A stretch of 64,000 bases of DNA, from the NCBI RefSeq assembly GCF_035084215.1, contig NW_027138407.1, positions 682,001 to 746,000 of the forward strand, written 5' to 3'. The notes below the pieces were generated by a model. It made no database searches. It saw nothing but the letters and a program-made list of their open reading frames with translations, and had not been told where the DNA came from. Made by a program: the position numbers and the translations under genes. Source of the stretch: Heptranchias perlo. Lineage: Eukaryota. Below are positions 37,795 through 50,542 of this stretch, in pieces (the first letter of the stretch is position 1; each line of letters starts with the position of its first letter).

Positions 37795-38870
37795 TAACAG
37801 AATATTGGAGCACAGAAACAGGCCTTTGGGCCTAACAGGCCATGCTTTACCTACCTAACCCACCTCGGCTAATTCCACCCTCCCAGTTGCTTCCTTTACC
37901 CATCAATAGTCGTTTTACTCATTTTATCTAGTGCATAATTTCTGGATTCTGCTTCAACATCAGTTTGCGGCACAAAATTCCACAACCTACCCTTCCTGTG
38001 GATAGTTTTCCTGATCGCCCCTTTCATTTTATGTGATTATTTGAAATTGTGCCCTCTTGCTGAGATCTGGTAACAATCTATCACTCTTTACCCTATCGTG
38101 ACCCTTCATAATCTTGGAGGCCTTTTTAAGGTCGTCTATTAATGCTCCCGGTTCTAGTCAGAAAAGAATAACTTCTAAATTTTGTCTTCATAACTGCAAC
38201 ATCCTACTGACTCTATATCTCCATTGTTATTATGACCTTTCTAGAATGGGGTGCCCAAAACGCACAAAGTAGGATTACTTCGTCCTAGCTATGAGCTTGT
38301 AAAAAATAATTGTTTGCTGATTGTTTTGCGTTTTATGCCTCTAGATACCAAGCATATGATCCCATCTCACTTTTTAGGCCTTATTTAATTGTGCTGCCAC
38401 TTTTAGGGACCGGTTTATCTGCACACCAGGGTCCTGTTGCTCCTCATTTAAAATCTTATCACTTCACGTCTATGTCATTTCACCATTCTTATTTCGTAAA
38501 GATAACTCTTAACATATGTTCTGCTTTGAGCTGCATCTGCCAATATTCTGCCCGTCTTACTAGACCACCTATGTCCTTTTGCAGCCTGTCATAATCCTCC
38601 ACACTATTCGCCATGCCCCCAAAGTTGGAGTCAGTAGCCAATGTTGATGTTGTCCTTTCAATTCTATATATAGTCATTAAAAGTGTCTCCAACACAGATA
38701 ACAGACCCTTGTGGGACACCATTAGTCAAAGCTTTCCATTATAAGCAACCTCCTTTTGCATCCACTCTTTTCGTTCTGTGTTCTACCATTCTATCTACGT
38801 GCCCGCTTCTCTTTAATGGTTTGCGCTATCTCCTTTGCCATAAGTGCCTTGTGTTGCCTTAGCAAATATT
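37795..38870 (-). mobile_element. Old, diverged CR1 LINE RT fragment
   Basis: RLQKDIGGLVRRAEYWQMQL-like motif, decayed 3' end. Confidence 0.72.
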
Positions 38871-39617
38871 TTTAAAAAATTGTATATTTTTTTCTCAAAT
38901 CTCTCTCTCTCTCTTTTCTCTCTGCGCCTTAATGTACATATCATGGTCAATAGTGGGTATATTTGCCCGTGTTAATTTTCATATTTAACATTATTGTCCT
39001 TACAATACTAATCCAATTGCCACTAATCCAATGTTAGACCATTATCTCTCTCAGAATCAATGTAAATATAAATAATGCACCTGTTTGTAAATACATTTTC
39101 TTATTTGCTTCTGGTTTCATTCGACTCACACTTACAAATATTAGTTCAAGGTTATTAACTACCCATTAACTGGTCTCAATATATAAATTATTATATGTTG
39201 CCTAGCTTATTATTTCAAATAGTTATACTTGAATCTATTGCCGGCATTACATTTGCAGCAAAGCTGTTGTTATACACTTTAAAGTGTTAATGGATACGCT
39301 TTGGCGATGCTGGACAGTAAATCATGATATCAACTGGGGGTGGGGGGTTGAGGAGGGGCAGGTTCGATTAAACTCCGTTTATTCTTTTTGGAAAATATTT
39401 CTGGTTTGAAAGACAAGGTTTCATTGAGATATTTGACTATATGCAATAATCAGTTGAGTTTTTAATTATTATTCCATTTTAAAGTTTTTACTAATTATTC
39501 TAATTGTCATATTTGACACAAATACTTTTTTTTGCATACCGAGGAGTCTCAGTCATTTCACGATGGTATTCAGGCACACTGCGTGATTAGGGTATAAAAC
39601 AGAACTGAGAGATTATA

Positions 39618-40060
39618 ACTATCAGGAGAGGCTGAACAGGCTGAGGCTCTTTTCTCTAGAAAAGGGAAGGCTGGGGGGTGATCTGAGAGAGGTCTTTAAA
39701 ATTATCAAAGGGTTTGATAGGGTAGATGCAGAGAAGATGTTTCCACTTGTGGGGGAGACCAGAACTAGGGGCCATAAATATAAGATAGTCACTAATAATA
39801 GGGAATTTATGAAAAACGTTTTTTATCCAGAAAGTGGTGAGAATGTTGACCTCGTTCACAGGTGGAGTGGTTGAGGCGAATAGTGTAGATGGATTTAAGG
39901 GGAAGCTAGATAAACACATGAAGGAGAAAGGAATAGAAGGATATCATGATAGGGTGAGATGAAGTAGGTGTGAGAGGAGGTCTGTGTGGAGCATAAATAC
40001 CAGCATAGACCAGTTGGGCCGAATGGCCTGTTTCTGAGCTGTAAATTCAATGTCATGTAA
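39618..40060 (+). mobile_element. CR1 LINE 3' fragment
   Basis: YQERLNRLRLFSLEKGRLGGDL motif. Confidence 0.85.
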
Positions 40061-40932
40061 TAGCCCATCGCTAAATGAATCTTGTTGGAAACTTTTCATG
40101 AATATAACAGATACCATGTTGGCTTTATTCTTTCACCTATTGACGCTTAATCTATTAATGTTTATTTCACTGTGAGCGCCAATGATGGCATTTCATTAGC
40201 TGCATTGTTACCAAGATTCTACTTCCAAACTCTAGCTTATAGGAGCCTGCTGTTTCTTTCACTAATGTCCAGCGCTAGCTAGCCTTGGAAACATGTGCAG
40301 ACAGATCGACGAAGTTGGATAACCAGTTACATTTGTTCATTCAGTTTTAGGTGATTGTCATAGAAATTATAGAATTTTACAGTGCAAAAGGTGGGCATTT
40401 AGCACCTGTAGTGACTCATCCTCTGCCCTTTCCCCCAAAACCCAATTCATTTTTAAACAATTATCCCCTTCCCTTTTAAAACCTCTTATGAATGCTGCTT
40501 ACAACTGTGCGACTTGCACATATATTTTAACACACATAGTATAGTGCCCAAAACGTGACAATATGCAAAAATATTGGGAGAGTCAGCTTAATCCCGGCTT
40601 CGCACCAGGATGTTGGTTGATTGCCAAATTCCCATAGTATATACCTTCCCAATGGATAAACTTACCAAGTATCCACTATGGGATTGCATTTTATTCCCAC
40701 TGGAATATTTGGTCGATTGCTACTTTTTTTTTACTAGTAAGACATTAGAATTGTGAATTGCATTTTTTGTTAGACTTGGTTCCGCCTCTGCTGATTTATT
40801 TTGTGTTGTAATTTATATTGCTAGAATAGTTCTGTTGAATATTGTTTGCTAATTTCTAAATTTCTCTTGGTGCTAATTATGCCTACTGAAATAATAAATC
40901 ACTGGTTTTAATGGGAAGAAAGGTTGACTCAC

Positions 40933-40989
40933 TCGGTGTTACGGTCAGCCTGGTTCCAGATCCAAATGTTTGTTCGTAGTTATTATTCA
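40933..40989 (-). CDS. TRAJ: TCR alpha J segment J1 (most C-proximal): NNNYEQTFGSGTRLTVTP
   Basis: 12-RSS (read on +): CACAGCA 40990-96, 12-bp spacer, ACAAAAACG 41009-17; FGSG; donor GTGAG. Confidence 0.93.
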
Positions 40990-41162
40990 CACAGCATCAT
41001 ACGGTCATACAAAAACGATGTGACATGGTCAATTGTGATGTGCATTTTATAGTATGTATTGATGAGTGAAATTAAATATTATGTTGATGCATCTACGATC
41101 TGAAGTACAACTGGCAAAACACAGGATCATCTGCTAAATATTTTAAAAAGTAACATACATTA

Positions 41163-41587
41163 NNNNNNNNNNNNNNNNNNNNNNNNNNNNNNNNNNNNNN
41201 NNNNNNNNNNNNNNNNNNNNNNNNNNNNNNNNNNNNNNNNNNNNNNNNNNNNNNNNNNNNNNNNNNNNNNNNNNNNNNNNNNNNNNNNNNNNNNNNNNNN
41301 NNNNNNNNNNNNNNNNNNNNNNNNNNNNNNNNNNNNNNNNNNNNNNNNNNNNNNNNNNNNNNNNNNNNNNNNNNNNNNNNNNNNNNNNNNNNNNNNNNNN
41401 NNNNNNNNNNNNNNNNNNNNNNNNNNNNNNNNNNNNNNNNNNNNNNNNNNNNNNNNNNNNNNNNNNNNNNNNNNNNNNNNNNNNNNNNNNNNNNNNNNNN
41501 NNNNNNNNNNNNNNNNNNNNNNNNNNNNNNNNNNNNNNNNNNNNNNNNNNNNNNNNNNNNNNNNNNNNNNNNNNNNNNNNNNNNNNN
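41163..41587. other. Run of N (gap/masked) between J1 and J2
   Basis: 425 undetermined bases. Confidence 0.95.
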
Positions 41588-41831
41588 AAAATTTGTGTGA
41601 TACCCGATTTTATTATCAGTTAGCCACTAAAGATGTAAAAAGTAATTCTGAAAAGGGGAAACGTTATACTGAATAGCTTTTGATCTGTGATAGGCGTTTC
41701 ATGACATGTTTTGCCTTTAATTTCATAGATGATGGAGATAATATCGAATGGCATTTTCATATTTGTTTTGTGCTCACATTTACAATTAATCAGAAGTAGT
41801 TTTTTTATACGGTAAAAAAAATAACACTTAC

Positions 41832-41894
41832 TGGGTTCTACAAGTACTTTAGTCCCGCTTCCAAACGTTAGCTTATCATTGCCTCCATAATTCA
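41832..41894 (-). CDS. TRAJ: TRAJ J2: NYGGNDKLTFGSGTKVLVEP
   Basis: CACAGTG 41895-901 / 12 / ACAAAAAAT; donor GTAAG. Confidence 0.95.
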
Positions 41895-42724
41895 CACAGT
41901 GCCTTACTCTCTTACAAAAAATACTCCCTGGCAATCCACAATGTCCGCCTCATCTTTTTTCAAAAAGTGCAATCTAGTTGGCACAATGACCCCATAAATG
42001 TAAGTTTTTTTTCTTCATTTGATCCGAATTTAAGTAATTAAGTTTGAGTAACACCTAATTCCATTGTTATAAACCCAAAGCCTATGGCGATGAAGATGGT
42101 CCATTTACACATCTTTATTAATTCCTTTTAAATTTTGTTTTTAACAATACTGCAAGCCATATTAAAAATTAGAAATTATAGTTTCTACACTGTCTAAAGG
42201 AAATCATTCCACATTTCTATTTAATTTGATGCCACCTCAAATTTTTATTGTACGTCATTCAATATCCATGATCCCTGACATAAAAATGCATGTGTGAAAG
42301 CAATCTCTAACTTTCAGCAGTGTGTTTGTCTAATCTCTTATCGCTCTCTCATCTTTTTCTCTATTTCTCCCTTTCTCTGTCTGAGTTTATAGTGCGTTAG
42401 TCAATCATTGTACTCTTCTATGCAACTGGCCAACTGTGCAGTAAACTTTGAAGCAAAATATTATTTATAATCTTGCTTATTCTATTGAAGTTTATAATAT
42501 TGCTATAAAAAAGAGTGTAAAATTGTTTATTTTGATTAAAATCATTATACAATTGACCGGTCACCAAATTTGGAAATATTCACTTATCTAGTCTAACCCA
42601 TGTTTCCACTAAACCAATAGTACCCATATTCTTTTCAAATACCTTTGAATGATTCTGATTAATTTTACACACATGCAATGGCAGGTAGGTTTAAACGTAC
42701 ATTTAAGTTTGGTAAAATACTTAC

Positions 42725-42787
42725 GTGGCTGTACAGTTAATCTAGTCCCTCTTCCAAATATTAGTTTAAGGTTCCCTCCTTGATTCA
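42725..42787 (-). CDS. TRAJ: TRAJ J3: NQGGNLKLIFGRGTRLTVQP
   Basis: CACAGCA 42788-94 / 12 / ACAAAAAGC; donor GTAAG. Confidence 0.95.
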
Positions 42788-43399
42788 CACAGCACTAAAC
42801 TCCCCTACAAAAAGCCCCAGGGCTCATTTTATGACCCCTTCATTTACCTACATGATTTTACAAGCCATCCCGATTTAAGCAATTTGGTTACATTAGTCCA
42901 ATTTACTTTTCCATGTAATTTGTTGCTAAGTGTTCTGTTACAACAACAAGGCAAGTATATTTGTCACATTGTATATCACTTAGATTAGTTTTAGTACTAC
43001 ATACGATTTTTGTCTCTGACCCACATTTCTCGATTATTTTGTGATTTCCAATGCTGTCCCATTAGATTCACATAATAGAATTGCACAGCATAGTCTGGTC
43101 AATTGCATCTCATTTAGTGTCTTGCTCTATTTGTTTCTGGCTGTCTCTGTGTGATTTTCCAATGTATGTCCACTAGATTCTACCGTATGAGACGTAACAG
43201 AGACTGAAACAAATGCAGGAATGGTTCACGTACATAACTTGTATTATTTGTGTTCCTAATGCCAACCTTAGTTACAAAAAAAAATAATCATTTTGGAGTG
43301 TTTATACCGTGACATCTAATATTTATTAAACAGTATCTATTTGGTGTTGTATTTAAAACAATCATATAATGTCACCCTCCTCCCTCACATCCACCAGTA

Positions 43400-44043
43400 T
43401 CATAGAATCATACAGCAGAGAAGAAGGCCATTCGGCCCATCATGCCTGTTCCAGCTCTCTGAAAGAGCTAACCAATTAGTCCGACTCCCATGCTTTTTAA
43501 CCAGAGCCCTACAATGTTTTCCTTTTTAAGTATATCCAATCCCCTCTTGAAATTTACTATTGAATCTGCTCCCATCATACTTTCAGACAGTGAATTCTAG
43601 ATCATAACAACTCGCCGTGTAAAAATAAAAACTCATCTTTCCCCCTGCCTTTTTTGCCAATTATCTTAAATCTGTGTTTTTTGGTTACCCACCCTCATTC
43701 CACTAGAAACAATTTCTCCCTATTTACTCTATCAAAACCCTTCAGGATTTTGAACACCTCGATTGAATGTCCCCTTAAACTTCTCTGCTCTAAGGAGAAC
43801 AATCCCAACTTCGCGACTCTCGCAACATAACTGAATCACCTAATTCCTGGTCTCATTCTGATAAATCTCCTCTGCACCCTCTCCAAGGCCTTGACATCCT
43901 TCCTAAAGTGTGGTGCCCAGAATTGGAAGCACTAATCTAGCTGAGGTCTAACCAGTGATTTATTAAGGTTTAGCATAACTTCCTTGCTTTTGAACTCTAT
44001 GGTTCTATTCATAAAGCCAAGAATCCCGTACGCTTTTTCTTAA
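43400..44043 (-). mobile_element. CR1 LINE fragment between J3 and J4
   Basis: WAPHFRKDVKALERVQRRF on the minus strand; tail repeat. Confidence 0.86.
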
Positions 44044-44363
44044 CAGAATGTGGAAGGTTTTCCACAGTAAAATCATCCAGACCACCACGTATAACCAATC
44101 TTTAACTTCCAAGGGTGATTCCATGTTATTGTGTTGGATATGGCAACATAAAATCTTACATTCAATGACAAACCCTTGAGCACCTGTTGTTCCTTATTTT
44201 GTTTTCAACTCTGCTAGTGTTCTTGGGCCATCTTGCCCAGTGCCCATCCGTATAAAGTACTGCCATATTCATATGTTGTTAAAATCGTTTGTAATGTTTG
44301 AAATACATATGTGCAGTTGCTAGTACATTTATGCAATGTAGTTTTGTTTATTAAATTACGTAC

Positions 44364-44426
44364 TTGGTTGTACAGTTAGCTTGGTTCCTCTTCCAAAAGT
44401 CAGCACATCAGTTCCTCTATTATTCA
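44364..44426 (-). CDS. TRAJ: TRAJ J4: NNRGTDVLTFGRGTKLTVQP (weak RSS)
   Basis: Non-canonical heptamer CACGTCG 44427-33 / 12 / ACAAAATCT; donor GTACGT; open frame. Confidence 0.85.
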
Positions 44427-45069
44427 CACGTCGCTATAGCCCTTGACAAAATCTGTTCCTGTGACACTGGGTGATGTTTCATTCTGATTCTACCTTACAG
44501 AACTGTACCTTACAGTGGCACATTTCCCCAATCAAAGCAAATATTTGACATAACAAATTAATTCATTCTAAATTAAGGACAATTCGAACTCACTTAAGGC
44601 ATTCGCTCCATCTCAATTGTCCATTTGAAATATCTATGCCTTGTACATTTGAGGAATCTACAAAGTAATAATAGATTCCTTGTCTTAGCGAACAACTTTG
44701 CCTTAACCTCTGCTCCACGTTGCTCCTAACGAGACAAAATGAAGTTCTAGCCAATCTCAACTAACTTTCTACAATGCCACTTACTTTATCATCCATTTTT
44801 AATATTTCTTTTCTATTACAATTCACGTACAGTGATCTTTTCTGTAGTCCCAGTTTCGCAACATAACAGCAAAAATCTGTGATTTAAAATTTCATTTGAG
44901 AGTTAGTGGAAGTGATGGATACTTCTGCATGTTGTTGGAAAAAGAAGATACTCTGTATTTGCTACTAGATTATCATGGACACTTTCAAAGTTCTGTTTCT
45001 CAGTCCTTCAAAACATAAGTGTGATGTGGAATTATTTACGAATGTGACAACTGGCTTTTTTGATCGAAT

Positions 45070-45475
45070 AACTCAGTGGGTAGCACTCTCGCCTCTTGGT
45101 CGGAACGCTGTAGGTTCAAGTCCTACTGCAGAGAGTTGAGCATAAAACCTAGCCTCATATCTTACTGCAATACTGAGGGAGTAATGCACCGTCAGATGTG
45201 CCTGCTTTCAGGTGAGACATTAAACCAAGTCCCCATCTGCCCTCTCAACTGGACGTAAAAGATCCCATGGCAGTATTTCTGGGCCAATATTTATTCCTCA
45301 ATCAACATCACTAAAAACAGAATGTCTGGTTATTAACACATTGCAGTTTGTGGGATCTTGCTGTGCGCAAATTGGCTGCCACATTTCTTACATTGCAACA
45401 GTGACTACACTTCTAAAGCACTTCATGGTCTGTAAAGCGCCCTGGGGCTTCCTGAGGTCGTGAAAGACGCTATAG
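45070..45475 (+). mobile_element. Deu-domain SINE between J4 and J5
   Basis: ctcagtgggtagcactctcgcctc...gagacattaaaccaag...gatcccatggc. Confidence 0.8.
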
Positions 45476-45816
45476 CCTTTCAAATCTATCAAAATCTACG
45501 CTATACTTTTTAACCAGATTTAATTAATAGCAGTAATGTGATATTTTTGAAAATTGCGATCTGAAAATCACTTGATGAGGCACAAACTATTTGTAGAACT
45601 CAACTGCTGTAAATGTCATGCTTGTTATAGAGCTACATCAAATATCACACGCCAAGTTGGCATGAATAGCAGCATATTTACTAATGTCTTATTTTAATAA
45701 TGAGTCCAACCAAAAAATATTGCAATTGCCTCTTTGCAAATAAAAGCTTTCATCACTTACAAACTTATTCTGTTTGGTAAGTGTTTTGTGGAAATTGAGA
45801 ATAGTTCTGTACTTAC

Positions 45817-45873
45817 TAGGTTCTACACTGAGACTAGTCCCTCTTCCAAATAATGGCTTGATGCCATCACTCA
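45817..45873 (-). CDS. TRAJ: TRAJ J5: SDGIKPLFGRGTSLSVEP
   Basis: CACAACG 45874-80 / 12 / ACAAAAACT; donor GTAAG. Confidence 0.92.
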
Positions 45874-46074
45874 CACAACGAAAGCCCCACTAACAAAAAC
45901 TCTTAGCAATATTGGGTTTATTTCATGCCAATCAACCGTTGCATGCATTTCATTGACACAGCGCTAAAGAACCATCAGTATTTGGAGTGAAACTTTGGAA
46001 AGTTCACATTTGCCTGTAAGTTTATGACGGACAATCAGACAATATCTTCAATGCCACATAACTATTACATATAC

Positions 46075-46490
46075 TTACATAGAGTTTACAGCACAGAAAC
46101 AGGCCATTCGGCCCAATTGCCCTGTGCTGGTGTTTATGCTCTACACGAGCCTTCTCCAACTTTACTTCATCCAATCTTCTCTATTCCTTTCTCCCTCATG
46201 GACTTGTCTAGCTTCCCCTTAAAGGCATCTATGCTATTCGCCTGAACCACTCCATGTGGTAGCAAGTTCCAGATTCTAACCACGCTCTCCTGAATTCTTT
46301 ATTGGAATTATTAAAGACTATCCTATCTTATATTGATGACCCCTAGTGTTGGACTCCCCTAGAAGTGGAAACATCTCCTCTACGTTTACCCTATCAAACC
46401 TCTTTACAATCTTAAAGACCTCTATTAGGTCACCTCTCAGCATTCTCTTTTCTAGATAAAAGAGCCCCGGCCTGTTCAGTCTTTCCTGAT
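46075..46490 (-). mobile_element. CR1 LINE 3' fragment between J5 and J6
   Basis: YQERLNRPGLFYLEKRMLRGDLIEVFK. Confidence 0.85.
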
Positions 46491-46595
46491 AGTTATTATT
46501 TACGTTTAATTGTAACGAACTGGCGATACTTATTAACAAAACGATGTTTTGCCTGTTATCAACATAATTAGCAAACAGAATTAAAATTCACTTAC

Positions 46596-46652
46596 TAGGT
46601 TGAACCATTAGTTTGGTCCCGGATCCAAATATTAGCTTATTGAGATTATTCA
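46596..46652 (-). CDS. TRAJ: TRAJ J6: NNLNKLIFGSGTKLMVQP
   Basis: CACAGCA 46653-59 / 12 / ACATAAACC; donor GTAAG. Confidence 0.94.
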
Positions 46653-46986
46653 CACAGCATTACATGCTAGTACATAAACCCTTTAATTGTTACCAAGCAT
46701 ATAGACTATCTAAGAAATCAACTGTATGTTATATTTATGCTTGATCAATAGTCCACATTACAATATTAACATGTGCTTAATCTTGTATTGTTCTCAGTTT
46801 ATTTAAATCAATTTAGATTTAGTAGGTCGCACACATTAATGCTACCTGTTTACACATTGTAAATATATAGTTTAATTTTGGCTGGATCTACTTTGTGTCC
46901 ATTGACCAACTGCACATTATTTTGACCAGAATTTATCGAAAATTAATTTACATCGTTATTTTGGGTAACTATTATTCAGATCTTAC

Positions 46987-47049
46987 CGGGATTAACAATG
47001 AGTTTGGTGCCGCTTCCAAATATCGTTTTACCATATCCTTGAGAAGCCA
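46987..47049 (-). CDS. TRAJ: TRAJ J7: ASQGYGKTIFGSGTKLIVNP
   Basis: CACAGTA 47050-56 / 12 / ACAAGAACT; donor GTAAG. Confidence 0.93.
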
Positions 47050-47254
47050 CACAGTAATTTATCCCTCCACAAGAACTCAGGATAGCGGCGGTTCCCGATG
47101 TACCGCTGTCGCTACTCATTTATTCCAATTTTTATTTTAATTGCATGAAATAACGAAAAATTGTAATTGATATATTTGCTAGTTTATTCATGATAATTCT
47201 TTAATTTTTTTCAATCAGATTTGTGACATTATTCTTCCAAAACACAATGCTTAC

Positions 47255-47314
47255 TGGGTTCCAAGGTTAGCCTAGTCCCACTTCCAAAATTAAGCTTGGA
47301 GGTTCAATCATTCA
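47255..47314 (-). pseudogene. TRAJ: TRAJ J8 pseudogene: ND*TSKLNFGSGTRLTLEP
   Basis: In-frame TGA near the 5' end; heptamer CATGGTC lacks the essential CAC; nonamer ACAAAGACC; donor intact. Confidence 0.85.
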
Positions 47315-47447
47315 CATGGTCCTACACTGCCTAACAAAGACCATCTGAGTTAATTATTATTCTGTGTCTATCTTAGCTTTGCAATTTAAAGTTAACAGTC
47401 AACAATTTTACCTATGAGTTTACTTTACATATATATTCGCATATGTC

Positions 47448-47545
47448 GTCTATCATCTGTCTATCTATCTATCTATCCAACTATCTATCTATTCACTTAT
47501 CTATCTATCCACCTATCCAGCTATCCATCTATCTAGCTATCCATG
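47448..47545. repeat. Degenerate (CTAT)n microsatellite
   Basis: Direct reading. Confidence 0.9.
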
Positions 47546-47940
47546 TACAGGAATAAACCTAGTGTTTCATGCATTGCACATACAGTAACATGGACATATA
47601 CACATATAGATGTATCAGTGCAAAACATCAAAAGGCATCCCTTGTCAATGATATTTGTTTAATGTCTATTAAGTAATTCCAACATTATAATAATATTGCA
47701 TTGAGTATATATTGTTATTTCATCTGATCTCTATAAGTAGTCCAAACATTTTATGCCAGTTTTAGATGACCAATCGAGATAAACATGCAACAAACTCTAG
47801 AACTGTATTAGTTGAGTTGGCCAAGAGCTTCTATTGGGACAAAGTAAAAGCTGCAGTTCCGATTTTGTAACTAACATTCTAAATTATTTATCTAATAACT
47901 ATTAGTTTACTTAGTCTACATATTGTAACACTTTACTTAC

Positions 47941-47997
47941 TTGGTGTTACTTTTAACTTGCTTCCAGATCCGAATGTGAGTTTATTGCCATAATCCA
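47941..47997 (-). CDS. TRAJ: TRAJ J9: DYGNKLTFGSGSKLKVTP
   Basis: CACAGTA 47998-48004 / 12 / GCAAAAACC; donor GTAAG. Confidence 0.94.
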
Positions 47998-48149
47998 CAC
48001 AGTATGATATACCAGTGCAAAAACCTACGCTCCTAATTCTGGTGCCTAATTCTCACAAGAAAATAGCTCTGACCATCTTATAGAATAGCAAATTGTAACG
48101 TTGCTACAATGCAGTGTAGTATAAAGAGGACTCTTTTACTCGCCTTTCC

Positions 48150-48370
48150 CTTCAATTAATATTTAATAGCCGCTCCCCTTCCTTTCTCCCTGGCTCTGAA
48201 CTTGCTTAAAAACTGTTAAATCTCTAACTTCTTCCAGTTCTGATGCAAGGTCATCGACCTGAAACATTAACTCCATTTCTCTCTCCACAGATGCTGCCTG
48301 ACCTGCTGAGTGTTTCCAGCATTTTCAGTTTATATTTCAGATTTCCAGCATCCGCAATATTTTGCTTTTG
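48150..48370 (+). mobile_element. Short non-autonomous interspersed repeat with degenerate hammerhead-like core
   Basis: agtt-CTGATGc-a-AGGTC atc GACCT-GAAA-ca-tt-aact followed by ctctccacagatgctgcctgacctgctgag; a diverged copy lies at 19290-19411. Confidence 0.55.
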
Positions 48371-48494
48371 AATAGTTAATAATCCTTTCTTCAAATCATC
48401 TTTAATCTTGTTTGTTATGTATATATTTATGTCTGCCACGTCTTTATATACAACTTAACGTAACATATCACATAAAGTTAAATATTATACTTAT

Positions 48495-48557
48495 TGGACT
48501 CTACAAAGATTTTGATCCCACTTCCAAAGGCGTGGAATTGTTTGGTTCAAAGAGTCT
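48495..48557 (-). pseudogene. TRAJ: TRAJ J10 pseudogene: TL*TKQFHAFGSGIKIFVES
   Basis: FGSG retained, but in-frame stop, donor mutated to ATAAG, heptamer CATAGTA, nonamer decayed. Confidence 0.72.
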
Positions 48558-48839
48558 CATAGTAATACGCCCCTATTGAAATCCCCTCGTAATAACAAGA
48601 AACTCCATTTGCTGTTCAATTTCTTTTTTCAATAATTGTACTGAGCTCAAATTTGAATGGAAATCTTATAATTTTCTTATCAAATTGTCATTAGTATAAT
48701 TCTGCTTCCAAATCATATTTCTAACAGGGGACATGGTATATTTCTAAAATAAATATGATGATGGCTATACTCCAGTAAGCAAAACAAATGAATGTTCCTG
48801 AAAAATAAGTATATTTTTGGTTTCAAGGCGAAATATTGC

Positions 48840-48899
48840 TAAACCCCAGAGTTATTTTTGTGCCATTTCCAAATACAATCATGTGTGCTCCGTAAGTCA
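48840..48899 (-). pseudogene. TRAJ: TRAJ J11 ORF/likely pseudogene: TYGAHMIVFGNGTKITLGF
   Basis: Open frame with FGNG and heptamer CACAGTA 48900-06, but nonamer GGAAAACAC and a poor GC-type donor (GCAATA). Confidence 0.72.
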
Positions 48900-49264
48900 C
48901 ACAGTATTACACTTCCATGGAAAACACATTTTCCTACTTGTGATCGCTCCAGTCAGGAGTGTGGAAGTTCAATAGGCTTAAATCCAAGACGCCATTAAGT
49001 CTTTTTGGAATAAGATATCAAAAATACATATTGCTGTAACGTTAGACAATTGTTAGACTTTTGGAATTTTACTCGTGACAAAATATAATAGTGATTCCAT
49101 ATTACAGATGTATAATCCTGGCTCGGTTAGGGTTTCTGTTGTTTAGTGTTGTTCTCATAGATCTTGCAAGGTATGACATTTAACTGCGTCCTTCAGAAAA
49201 CCTGCACTGCCTTAAAACAATATTGATTGCGACAGAATCATAGTAAATCTTCACAGTTCAACTT

Positions 49265-49620
49265 CATTGTTCAAATCTTTTCATGGCCTCGCCCCTCTCC
49301 ATCTCCTAACACCCTCTGAGAACTCTGCGTTCCTTCTATTCTGGCCTCTTGTGCATCCCTGATTTCCATTGCTGGCCATGCCATCAGTTGCCTAGGCCCT
49401 CAGCTCTGGAATTCCCTTCCAGAACACCCCCGCCTCTCCGCCCGTCCCTCTCCTCCTTTAAGAAGCTATGTAAAAGCTACCCCCTTCACCAAGCTTTTAG
49501 TCACCTTTTCCAATATCTCTTTACATGGCTCGGTGTCACATTCTGTTGGATAACGCCCCTGTGAAAAGCCTCGGGACGTTCAACTAAAGCGGCTATGTAA
49601 ATGCAAATTGTTGCTTATTG
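49265..49620 (+). mobile_element. L2 LINE 3' fragment (predates the duplication)
   Basis: Paralogous copy at 55745-56085. Confidence 0.8.
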
Positions 49621-49905
49621 CACCACACTATTTAGCATTTTCTCAAAGGGAAACTGTTCCATCCAGTTAATTATTTTAGATTAATAAGGTGAACAATGGC
49701 ACACAATTAACTACACTTCTCATAACCATCACGCATAATACATGAATTATCATATCCATACTCCAATAAGCAGCGGCATAAATGTTCCAATAATAGGGAT
49801 TAATTGAACATTTAGAGAAATTATTTGATAAATTATAGACAGTCCAGAGAACATTCACATATATGTGAGTAGATAGACAGTCCATAGATATTAATGAATA
49901 CCTAC

Positions 49906-49968
49906 TTGGCTCCACAGTTAACTTTGTCCCGTTTCCAAAGATAAGCTTGGTGCTACTTCCTAAATTCA
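49906..49968 (-). CDS. TRAJ: TRAJ J12: NLGSSTKLIFGNGTKLTVEP
   Basis: CACAGCA 49969-75 / 12 / GCAAAAACT; donor GTAGG. Confidence 0.94.
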
Positions 49969-50482
49969 CACAGCATTGCGTCCTTTAGCAAAAACTCCCT
50001 TCAGATTAACTATAGCACATTATTGCTCTTTTTGGCAGTTATGTTTGAATATTTGGTATCGCCCAATCCTATTGTTGTGACATTACTTGTATAAACCGTC
50101 TTTAAATGACCATTGATATTTATTAGTCATATATGACTTATTTAGTCTGTTTATCGCCCAAGCATAACTTAGTTTTTCCATTAAAAATATACGATTACCA
50201 CCCCTCAGTACTTCACTGGACTGTCATCTTGGATTATATGTTTCATCTATGAGGTGGAGATCCATCTTATCCTTAACGAAGACACCACATTCTTTGTAGA
50301 GTTGAGGATGGATTAAAATTAGTACCAAATGCTTTAAGGATGTCAACATCAATTCTGGTAAAGAGTAGTTTATTTTAAAGATGACTAATAATATGTAGGA
50401 AGACTGAAGAAGAGATTTCATGTGATTATTTTCACAGCTAGTCTATTGGAGAGAAAACACATGGTGATATAAAGCAACTTAC

Positions 50483-50542
50483 TGGGTTGAACTCTGAGCT
50501 TTGTCCCAGCTCCAAATATCAAACTGTTGGAGTTTACATTCA
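50483..50542 (-). CDS. TRAJ: TRAJ J13: NVNSNSLIFGAGTKLRVQP
   Basis: CACACCA 50543-49 / 12 / ACAAAAATC; donor GTAAG. Confidence 0.93.

Noticed and set aside
44785-44877. Donor-like GTAAGT about 64 nt from CCCAGTT...GCAAAAATC, i.e. J-like spacing
   Set aside because: No FGxG, several stops, heptamer lacks CAC and the spacer is 13 bp; at most an unrecognisably decayed J.
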